Shown: positions 23,011-32,855 of the stretch, piece by piece
Layout: each line of letters starts with the position of its first letter
Numbering within the stretch: the stretch's first letter is position 1
NCBI RefSeq assembly: GCF_001194135.2
Contig: NC_068992.1
Location: forward strand, 51,060,926 to 51,093,780
DNA from: Octopus bimaculoides
Taxonomy: Eukaryota
Direction of reading: 5' to 3'
DNA length: 32,855 nt
Notes under the pieces: model-generated
The model's input: only the letters and a program-made list of their open reading frames with translations
Told to the model about the DNA's origin: nothing
The model's database searches: none
Translations under genes and position numbers: made by a program

Positions 23011-24285
23011 GGTAAACTATGTTTGGAATTTAAAAAAAAAACAATATGGCCATCATATTGGTTTTCCTCGTTCACAGTAGCCTTAAGGGTTCAACAACAG
23101 CGATGACGCCAAAAACATCAATAGTTGTAATTTCACGAATTTCATATTAGATAAAATTCGATGAGATGCTTCGTTGCTCGAAGTAATTAAATTGTTAGGA
23201 GCGTTATCAGAAACGACTAAACCTTGCAGTGCTATAGTTGTTCCATCTTCAGTGGTGCGAATTAATACTACTCGACGTGCTTGAAACCACATCTTCAATA
23301 AGCTAAACACTACTGTCTTAAAACACCCGTTTGGCATAATATTCCACCGAGATTTCTATTCTAGAAAAAGTTAAGATGGTTTAGGGTTACAATCGGTTAG
23401 TCTCACGAAAAATGGCACTGCACCTGATAAATCTTTCTTTATTCTTGTCGGCAAAGCAACATCTGGCTGTTGCCTTAGAAACCCATACAGGAAGAAGTGA
23501 CCAAATGACATTAAAAACACTGTCTGCTCGTGTTGCGTTTGTGCTGCTGTTTTCCTCGAGTGCAATAGTGTTCATAAGCAATCTTCAAATTCCTTAATTA
23601 TTCTACGTTTGCTGGTGAGGTCCAATTTGGTATCAAATAAAAAACATGCTTTAAAACAGTCCACATTGACTTAAGAAGAGATAATGTTAATGGTGTAGTG
23701 CAGAGTATGTTATTTTCAGAAACAATGTGACTATGTTCATTCTAAATATTTTGTTTGGCCGAAAGCGTTAGGTGCTCAATCTCTGCAGGGTCTCAATGAA
23801 CTATGTAATCCATCCAGTTAACGTTTTCCCTGAATTCTTGCAACTTAACGAAAGAAAGAAGGTATTCTTGCAACTTAACCTTATGAAAAGAGGTAAGTTT
23901 TTAAAGGAATAGTGTTGTGGGCAGAGAGTTATAGGTGTGCTGTTTAGTGAAGTGAAAGAATGTAGTGGAAATAATATGTGACAAAAGGAGGGGAAAAAAT
24001 TGAACCGGTTGTTCTTGAATGGAAGTGAATTGAGACAAGCACCGAGGAATAGAAGCTACATTTGTTGCGGTAGAAAAAGTAGAGAGGAGACACAACAACT
24101 GAGACAATACTGTGCCAAACTATCTCTAGGTCAATATTTGTGACATGGAGAGGGGAAACTTGAATGAGTGCAATTTTTGATCTCATCTACCTAGAACTGA
24201 ATCTTGCAAAAGAATTTGATTTGCAAGTACATATCAATGAATTTATAATTCATATAGAATCGCCGGGTTGCAAACATTATTATAC

Positions 24286-24290
<5 letters not shown>

Positions 24291-24383
<93 letters not shown>

Positions 24384-24390
24384 ACACACA
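24291..24390 (+). repeat. (CA)n microsatellite
   Basis: About 100 bp near-perfect run. Confidence 0.98.
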
Positions 24391-24654
24391 AACAACCCGA
24401 GGGGCACAGTCATATACGTAGATGCATAAATACATCGTATGCATGTAGGTAATACTTATTATCGGACCTGCATCAGTTTCGGCGATGGTTATTCATTGTT
24501 TGATAACCTGAACTACTTGTTCATTAAAGTAGATTGTGTCTGAACATTCCACTGACAGGTGTACTCTTGATATAAGTCTCGGATAGAATCAGAAACACGC
24601 AGTGTGTGTTAAGGTTGGGCCTTTGAATTCCGGCTACGATCTGACAAGCTTTCA

Positions 24655-24806
24655 TAAGCTTTCCATCTCCCCAGTTTTGCTCTCCATGTTTAGTCTGACC
24701 CAAAACTATGGTAAAAGACACCTGACTATAAAATTATAGCAACCTCAGCAGGAGTTAACCCCAAATCCTATGACTGCGAAGTTAACTTCTTAGCCATCCG
24801 GCCATG
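24655..24806 (-). mobile_element. SINE family B-related, old 5' half
   Basis: CTATGGTAAAAGACACCTG...AACCCC...CTTCTTAGCCATCCGGCC, colinear with 6190-6250 and 19780-19850. Confidence 0.55.
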
Positions 24807-25849
24807 TATTCACCGTAATATCTATAAAGATACATAGGTAAACACACATAGGTGCACACAGACACTTATACAAAGTATTCAATACAATAAACAGGATTTA
24901 CTCTGCAATTTTAAACTACGCAAACGACCACCGAATATTCCTGTCTTTGGCTTGTATTCCTTAACGACACAGTCATATTTGCGTCCATTCAGTATTTTAA
25001 ATCGGTCTGTGCAACACTGAATGAGATGTTGATTTCTTTTAACTAAGCACAAACGTTCAAATGTGTAACATGATGAGTATGAGACATTGTGGGGTTCATT
25101 CTTTTCCGAACAGAATTAAATTCAATACAAATATCCACTGTTATCAAGAAAATAAATCAGTTTGTATTCCCATCTGTCTGTCTGGAAGATTAGATTTAGC
25201 TTGATAGCAGCAGTTACCAATAAATCTCAACATATTAAAAACTCCATACTTCGAAAATCACAACTTTCTAATTCTTTATTGCTAACTGAAGAATATTTGA
25301 AACGAATATCCCTCACCACCTTGCATACACACACTTACACATATACACACTCCTCAGACAGTCGAGATACCCTTAATAATGTCAAGTTCGGAATAGCCAA
25401 AAGCAACTGAAATTCTATCTAAAGCAAAAATTACTTGAATATAAGCCAGTACTAATGTTTCTTTTCTTTCATATGTTTTATATGACAACCACTAGTTTCA
25501 ATTTAAACCATTGACAGCAAGACTTTCAGTTCAGAATATTATTTTTATGAAGCATCATTAAAGTTATTGCCAGCAGCTGCGAAAGGGTTAACAGTTTCCT
25601 GATATTTTACCATGAAATATTCTATAATAGCCAATGGCTATAATATAGAACTTGGAAAATTGCAATGCAGCCGAGGTTAAACTGGATGAATTTAAAATAA
25701 AAGACATGTGCTATGAATACGAAGAATGGAGTAAAAAAGTTATAGGAATATGAACTTCATAAGAAGAAAAGGCCACCTTGGATATAAAGAAAATACTTCA
25801 GAATAGTAAGTTCAGAGACTAGTTATATTTCTCGGAATCTGTACAACGA

Positions 25850-26030
25850 CACTGTTTGGCATGTTAGAAATAGAAGCCAAATTCCCCTCAAGTCACCATC
25901 TGTCGTCTTAGCCAAGGCAGAATATGTTGGATAATGTGTTTTTAGATGCAATGTTCTGAAAACAAAAGCTGAGATTGTCATAGCTGAACCGCCTTTGATT
26001 ATATGTCAGCTCATTCAGAGTAAATATTAG
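25850..26030 (+). mobile_element. Family C dispersed repeat fragment
   Basis: TGTTAGAAATAGAAGCCAAATTCCCCTCAAGTCAC...GTCTT, as at 22951 and 26253. Confidence 0.55.
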
Positions 26031-26234
26031 GGGTGGAGCAACAGCAGCACCGATAATGGTAACGACTACTTAACGACCGATTCTTGAAGTATCAAAGTTT
26101 ACCTCCATGTTTGTATTCCCGAAGTCTGATGTGTTGGCTTCATGAAAAAAATACTCTAAACGTATACCAGTGATATTACAAGACTGAATCATTTCAAATA
26201 CTCCCTACTGTACACTTATGGAACAAATGAGTTT

Positions 26235-26310
26235 CTACGTGGTCGCATGGTCTGATAGAAATAGCAGCTAAATCACCTTTTAATAATACACTCCGGCTTA
26301 AAATAAAGTC
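26235..26310 (+). mobile_element. Family C dispersed repeat fragment
   Basis: GTGGTC...GATAGAAATAGCAGCTAAATC...CTTAAAA. Confidence 0.5.
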
Positions 26311-26400
26311 GAAATACCGCTAAGCAATATTAAGAACAGTAATGATATTAATATCACAACAGTAGCAATAACTAGCAATATAGCACCAACAACAACAGTT

Positions 26401-26484
26401 CAAATCACCTGTAACAGTTATTAAAAACACCTGTAATAATTATCGAACTCACCTGTAACAATTATTAAAATCACCTACAACAAT
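26401..26484 (+). repeat. 22-bp minisatellite, about 4 copies (approximate unit AAATCACCTGTAACAATTATTA)
   Basis: CACC cores at 26406, 26428, 26450 and 26472, an exact 22-bp period. Confidence 0.92.
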
Positions 26485-26583
26485 AACAACAATCGTAGCA
26501 ATAACAATAAACGCATCAACAGCAACAACAACTACTATTACAGTATTAATGTTTTCCCTTTTTTTTTTTAATTGTTTTTTTTT

Positions 26584-26706
26584 AAGGCGGCGAGCTGGCA
26601 GAAATGTTAGCACGTTGGGCGAAATGCTTTGCGGTATTTTGTCTGTCTTTACGTTCTGAGTTCAAATTCCGCCGAGGTGGTGGTTGTTCTGAGTTCAAAT
26701 TCCGCC
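26584..26706 (+). mobile_element. SINE family A, 5' half only, with a 21-bp internal duplication
   Basis: AAGGCGGCGAGCTGGCAG head; GTTCTGAGTTCAAATTCCGCC at 26653-26673 and again at 26686-26706; followed by (GGT)n. Confidence 0.9.
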
Positions 26707-26814
26707 AGTGGTGGTGGTGGTGGTGGTGGTGATAGCATTATTGCTACTCTTTCCTTTGCTATTATTGTAGATGTTATAGTTATTGTTGCTATTTTTAATA
26801 TTACTGTTGTTATT

Positions 26815-27035
26815 AAGGCAGCAAGATGGCAGAAACCTTACCACGCCGGGTGAAGTGCTTAGTGACATTTCGTCAGCCTTTACGGTCTGAGTTCAAATTC
26901 CGCCGAGGTCGACCTTGCCTTTCAGCCTTTCGAGAACGATAAAATAAATACTAGTTGCGTACTAAGTCAATGTAACAGAATTGCCCTCACTCTCGCCCCG
27001 AAATTGCTGGCCTTGTGCCAAAATTTGAAACCAAT
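26815..27035 (+). mobile_element. SINE family A, full length
   Basis: Head AAGGCAGCAAGATGGCAG, B-box-like GAGTTCAAATTCC, tail GAAATTGCTGGCCTTGTGCCAAAATTTGAAACC. Confidence 0.92.
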
Positions 27036-28424
27036 ATTTGCATCAACGATCGTTTTGGTGATGTAAATGTTGCCGCTACTGCCTTTGTTAGCGTTGCTAG
27101 GTCAGTCATGAAGCGTAAGTAAACGGTAGAGATGGGGGTAAAAGCTCCTTTCTTAAACATGAATCGCTGAACAACTAATGCTTCGCATTTCCATATATGT
27201 ATTATTCTAAATGTTACATATTTTCAATGGATTTATTGTAGTGAAACGCACACATGTCATCGTTTATGTGGTATTAAAAAATTAACACTAAGACACAAAT
27301 AATATTTTAGTACATACTGCTACGTTATAATAGTGCCTAATTATTATTATTTGAATAAAATAAGTAATTATATGGAAAGATATTTGCATGGATGTATGTC
27401 GGAATTACAACACAAGAGTGATTTATTTTTGTTAAAAATGATGCACAAAGCATGTTATGAAAAAGTGAGAACACATTTCATGAAACTCATTGGCAGGGTT
27501 CGGTAGAACTTGAAGTGGTTCTCTTTACAAGTTTAATATTTCAGCTTTTTATAACTTTGAGCAATACTTTGAGGACGCTTGCAAATTTCGTTAAGCGGGA
27601 ATTCTCATAAATTTTCTTTCAAGTCTTCCGCCACGCCAGTTACATGCCAGCCGATACTGATTAGTCGAAAAACACTCAGCCAAGCATTTATGTCCTTCAT
27701 GGCTATATAGTTCAGTTTATGCAACTGGTCATGTCTTTTATGGAAATAGTGCTACTGTTACATTTGTTGTTATCACTGCTATTATTCTAATGGCGTAATA
27801 TTTTGTTGTGATTCTTGCTTTTGTTGTGGTGACGTAATGTTTTCGTTGTTGTGTTCTTGCTTTTCTTGTTTAGCTCCAGGCCAAATCCGATGCTCGAAAT
27901 CATTGATCAAACTAAAACAGTGTAATCTAAAGTAACAAAAACAAAGATAAAACAAAAAACAAACAAAAAAGTTTCCGACTGAAACATTAGCTTTCTTTTC
28001 TTTTTCTTCGTTCTTTATATCTCTTCCGCTGCTTGAACTTTATTCACAGACGGTCTAGGCATGACCACTGTGCCTTCTTTCGTATGTTTGCTTTCAATCA
28101 GAAGGAAGACAGTGCCTATGACATTTTACAGGAATAAGAAGACTAGTGGAAGGAAAAAGTTTCCTTTGTAAGTTAGGTCAAGTCTCTCATATTGATTACA
28201 GGCGGTTAACTCCCTTGTTAATGAGAATATGATAACACCCAAACCCATTCGGAATTGAGTCCACATATGTAATAGATATTAGAAAACTAATGTCTATAAT
28301 AGACCAAGAACCTTTGGTTTGACTCTCTTTTGCTTTTCTCAACGGATTTTTCTGTGTCAATTTTTTATAACTTGCAGCAATAAATATTTTAACAATAATT
28401 TAACTGCATGTTTACATGACAAGG

Positions 28425-28735
28425 CTTATAACTTTGAAAGTAGATTCATTTCTCTTCACCCTCCTCTCTTCCACTCCTCTCTTTTCTTATAAATTCTGTT
28501 TCACTGCCCTTTCCTTTAACTTCCACTCCGTTTTACTCCTCTCCATACTCTCTCCTCCCCGCTTCACTATCTCTCCATTTCGCACCTAAGCTTTTCACTC
28601 GTTCATTCATTTACTTTCTTATGTTTCATACACTCCCCCTTCAGCCACTCACACTTACATCACCACTGTTCTTCTGTTCCTCCTCAGAACCATCATCATC
28701 ATCATTATCATCATCATCATAATCATCATTTTCAC
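28425..28735 (+). repeat. Pyrimidine-rich low-complexity tract ending in (ATC)n
   Basis: Strong C/T strand bias at 28425-28690; (CAT/ATC)n at 28691-28730. Confidence 0.85.
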
Positions 28736-29372
28736 CAACATACTTTAGCCACTTCTGCATAGGTTGTCACTGATCAATGTTTTTTTCTTTCTTTAGATAT
28801 CTTATCATTTCGTATACACACTAAAAGTTTGATAAGGAATGACCCTGACATGTCAATTCATCTTCTGTAATATGACAATGATAAACATTTATCTTCTCGT
28901 GTAATGAATTTATAAGCAAACAACCTTCTCGTGAGAAAGTGATAAATCTCTGGTTAGAGAATTCAGTAAACGAGCAAGCAAATCGTTTAAAACAAAACTT
29001 AAATGAAAGTAAGGGGTTAAAATATATTAAACAAAAAACTACTGCATTTGATATTAACTACACAGACCAATAAATTTATTTTTTGTTTTGTCAAAACTTC
29101 TGGACCTGAACTAAGGATTTTTGACACAGAACCCGAAAATTTTATCCATTTATTACGATCACGTCAAGATTTTAAGAATTTCGTTATCGTTTCTTCAATA
29201 AAACAGCTTATGCAGAATAAGGTATAGCATACAAGCATACATAGAAATTAGCTTTTCTTCAAATCAACAATATTTTCTTAAACTCCACTGAAAATCTAAT
29301 AAAAATCATAACAGTTCTACCGAGAAATTACCTCATAGTTTATACCTGATTTTCCATGAATTTGCGTTTGGA

Positions 29373-30640
29373 TTATTTTCTTGAGCGCTGAACTGCATGA
29401 ATGTCACGAGCCAAGTTCCCTCAATAGTTTGCTATCATATGCAAGTCCCATCTACCTTGACACTTTTGTTTCATTGATTTTATGTCTTGGCGGAATATTT
29501 TTCCCTGCTTGCCACTTGTGTTACCATGACTTTCAAGGAGTTTATCAAGTTAACTGTAGAGATAGAGCTGCTTTGTGCTTATATTTGCTTCCAATTTTTA
29601 AACATTCTAAAGAATGTTTTCGAATATTTCTGTTTCAGTGTGATTCATTGAATTTACAAACTTTCCATCGTTTAACAATTTTCTGATTAAAGGGCCATCA
29701 AATACTTCAGCTTACCGTAAATCATCGAGTATAGTCCGCCCTTGAGTATAATACACAGGGGATTTTTAGGGGGCTGTACCTCTGAAAAACCTAAACCTTG
29801 TGTATAAAACGCAACCCATCTCTAACTTGAGTAAAGGAGGTCTATATAATGTCCTTGGTTTGTAAACATATATATATAAGGTAACGTCCTTTATTATTAT
29901 TGTATATATAACATAATGCAAACGTGTAGCTTTTTTGTGCACTTTGTTTGCAGAAAATAAAGAAATAACAGTAATAACGTCAGTGAAAAATAAATATAGC
30001 TTAAGGTATTAGCTTAAGGTATTTTCGAGCCCGACATCACAAAATGCGTCTGAATAAATATTGCCGGACAGCAATAGAGACTCGGACATTGCTTAGAAAA
30101 TATTTTGCATTTTTATCCTCGTATATAGTACGTACTAGGGATTTTGACCTTTAAATTTTGGGAAAAAAATGCGGATTATGCTCGAGGATTTACGGTATAT
30201 CTTTTCATTGCTCAGGCAAAGAATGTGCTACCGATATAGTGAAAGTATGGTCCATCTTTATCCAGAGCGTTAACAAACTACTTCATAAGTTTGATATGAA
30301 GTTGAGGTAGGGTATTTTTATCAGCTGAACCAAAGGCTCTTCAACTACATTAAAAACCCCTGTAAGTAATGTTCACAGTGGTAAGTTTTTTGGCCTGCCT
30401 CTGATGTCCCACATACATAAAAATCGTGGATAAGTATGGATATTTGGTATATCCTATTCGTTGCCCCAGGAGATAATTGACTTTGGAGTTTAGGCATCTC
30501 AAAATCTAGAGGTGAAGGTAAAACAATGCATTCCATTTTTGGATTCAATATATCAAAAAGAAGTTTTAAATCAGATAAAAACGTCCTTATAACAAAATAT
30601 CTGTTGGGTTGTGCTATCAACAAAAATCCAGAAATGTGAC
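29373..30640 (-). mobile_element. Decayed Chapaev3-like (CMC superfamily) DNA transposase, split by a MITE
   Basis: Minus-strand motifs in order: WIFVDS, KVNYLLGQRIGYTKYP, MWD, NVVEEPLV, LPQLHIKLMK*FVNALDKDG, [MITE], EVFDGPLIRKLLNDGKFVNSMN, KLEANISTKQLYLYS*LDKLLESHG, GKIFRQDIKSMKQKCQGRWD. These match the Chapaev3-type signatures LLGQQxGYTKYPC, LPPLHIKLG, GxFDGPQIR and GERFHQD that I recall. Confidence 0.8.
29715..30195. mobile_element. 481-bp non-autonomous Tc1/mariner/pogo-type MITE
   Basis: 25-bp TIRs CCGTAAATCATCGAGTATAGTCCGC (29715-29739) and 30171-30195 match at 22/25; TA target duplication at 29713-29714 and 30196-30197; no ORF. Confidence 0.92.
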
Positions 30641-31886
30641 GGGAACCACTGTAGATCCAATATTTAAAACTTCATAATAATGCGGCGTTTGGAAATTGAA
30701 GTATATCGAAAAATCACTTCGAAAATGTGCAAATTCTTTTTATCAATATGTAATATTGAACTAGAAAAGATTCTTGGACGACTGTTTTCTTCAACAGAAT
30801 GAAAGAAAAGAAAGATTAAGTGAATCTAAGATATCACTAAACAGAAAAAATATTTTTCAATTCACAATAGAATACACTTAAGTGAGGCAAGCATTTTATA
30901 TATCTTAATAATGAAAATCAAAAATCAACTTCTAACAGATATACACAACAGACTCGAAACAATAGATTTTTGTTTTGGTTTGTGTCACCTTGAAAAAATA
31001 TACTATTTAGTTAAATCATGAATATATTGGCAATTCTGCTTCGTAATATACTATATACGTGCCTAGTGACAAACGACTCAGATAAATCCATAAGCTCATA
31101 ATGTACATATATAATGTTTAATATATAGTACAATGAGCAGAGTCTATTGATCTCCGGATACTATAACAAGCAAAATAAGCATGATTTGCCAGAACTGGGA
31201 ATGTTATCAAGACTCTGCCCTCACAGTTAAAAGCGACAAGACTTATTTTACAAAATGTATCGATATTAAAGGCATCAAGACGAACCGATATTTGCAAAGT
31301 AATACTCTGGTAAAATGTAAAATGAGAAGAAAATCATTAAACAGAATTTTTTACAGATGACTAATTATTTTCAAGACAAGTGAACCAATTCTGGAAAATA
31401 TGTGAAATATGCAAATCTGGAAAATGTTTCAGCTTGTCCGAACGGTTGGAAATTCATTTTAAATAATGAGAATGTTCAGAGTAAAGTAGAACTTTAACTG
31501 TGAGATAAGAAAGTCAAATCAAGTAATAACATGTTCAGGATGTGAAAAGACTTATATAAAAGAACAGCAAAGATCATTATAATACAGGCAACGACACTAC
31601 TTAGAGAGCAAATTCGATTTCCTGTTTACAGTCAAATTTCCCTTAGCAGTCGTATATGTATATGTGTTGTAAATAGTCAACAAAACATTAACATTTCTTG
31701 TAGATTTCATATAAAGATATCCACTGTGACTAAATATATATATATATCATTATTCAATTAGTGGACTTTTAATTGCGATATTTTCAATGTATGACAAAGG
31801 TTAAATGCTACACACATACACACACAGACACACACACACATATATATGTATATATGTATATATGTATATATGTATATATATATATA

Positions 31887-32052
31887 NNNNNNNNNNNNNN
31901 NNNNNNNNNNNNNNNNNNNNNNNNNNNNNNNNNNNNNNNNNNNNNNNNNNNNNNNNNNNNNNNNNNNNNNNNNNNNNNNNNNNNNNNNNNNNNNNNNNNN
32001 NNNNNNNNNNNNNNNNNNNNNNNNNNNNNNNNNNNNNNNNNNNNNNNNNNNN
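31887..32052. other. Assembly gap flanked by (TA)n
   Basis: 166 N. Confidence 1.
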
Positions 32053-32394
32053 TATATATACCTTCTACCATGCTAACGTTAACAACGTAAAGTAATCAAT
32101 TCATATAAAACTTATTTGTTACACAACCATGAAAAATTTTACATAAACGAAACCTGTTAGAAACCTGTGGCGGATATTATATTAGACACATGAGTATACA
32201 GCGCTAAAGAAAAAGGTTTAATCATAGAGGCTTTAGTACGTTTTCTTCTTTACTTTTCATATAACTACATAAGAGCAAACGGACGCGTGTCTAATGATGA
32301 TTGAGAGCGTCTTAACTCTACAGGAAACATGATTTAACGACCGGCTATTATTCTGATTATTCTGAGACAAACAGTAATTTTAAATATTCCAGCA

Positions 32395-32438
32395 CACGCA
32401 CACACATATAGACACACATGCAAACGCACACAAACAAT

Positions 32439-32477
<39 letters not shown>

Positions 32478-32520
32478 ACACACTGGTACACACACATGTA
32501 TATAAAGAGAGATATGTACA
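32395..32520 (+). repeat. (CA)n-rich compound microsatellite
   Basis: Direct inspection. Confidence 0.93.
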
Positions 32521-32855
32521 TTAGAACGTTTAAGACTGATTATATATAGACACATATGTGTAGACGTATAGGCATACACACACTTATATAGCGATATGCA
32601 TACAAGTTTGTATGCTCATATATATGTATGTATACAGTCCAAAACGGTTGGAGTTAGAATGGCAGAGAACTAGTGAGAGAGATAGATACACATGCACGCT
32701 TACAGATAATTCGTTACTAAGATAATGTTGAAATTTTACTTTAATTCTGGTATACATTTTTATGTACATGCATAAATACACATACATACATAGTTGCATT
32801 CATACGTTTGTATTATCTATGTGGGCGTGTGAAATAGTATATATGTGTATATATA

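Noticed and set aside
23083-23597. Cluster of overlapping 61-84 aa ORFs in relatively non-repetitive DNA
   Set aside because: No recognisable domain, ORFs on both strands, no consistent splice signals.
26401-26484. CRISPR-like periodic repeat
   Set aside because: Units are contiguous with no unique spacers, there are no cas genes and the DNA is eukaryotic.
26584-26910. tRNA genes at SINE heads
   Set aside because: Only A/B-box-like motifs; no cloverleaf; they continue into SINE bodies.
28797-28880. Plus-strand acceptor TTTTTTTCTTTCTTTAG| with a short frame (ILSFRIHTKSLIRNDPDMSIHLL*)
   Set aside because: No homology, and its phase does not chain with the other plus-strand candidate exons.
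29061-30984. Possible Chapaev termini (CACAGACCAA at 29061; TTGGTTTGTG ending 30984)
   Set aside because: Only about 10 bp of imperfect inverted match and the flanks (CTA vs TCA) give no target duplication, so boundaries are not claimed.

Overview
AT-rich, microsatellite-dense eukaryotic genomic DNA with five N-gaps. The interspersed repeats resemble those I recall from octopus genomes, so the source is probably an octopod cephalopod (inference). No complete protein-coding gene is visible; the long ORFs in the track are artefacts of N-runs and simple repeats. The window is mostly a transposon graveyard: a decayed R4/Dong-like (restriction-like endonuclease) non-LTR retrotransposon 3' end (~368-860, -), a decayed Penelope-like RT (~3700-4700, +), a possible Penelope GIY-YIG relic (~1250-1490, -), a decayed Chapaev3-like DNA transposase (~29373-30640, -) interrupted by a 481-bp TA-flanked MITE, and about 16 copies of two tRNA-like SINE families, eight of them in two same-strand clusters of four. 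One short minus-strand candidate exon (1831-1906) may start a gene running off the left edge. The most interesting signals are two hammerhead-ribozyme-like motifs on the minus strand (1114-1172, 2925-2995) either side of that exon, a possible R4/Dong-LINE / SINE partnership targeting (ATT)n repeats, and a 22-bp minisatellite carrying phased CACCTG boxes. All family calls come from motif recognition by eye, without database searches; element boundaries are approximate unless stated as exact.
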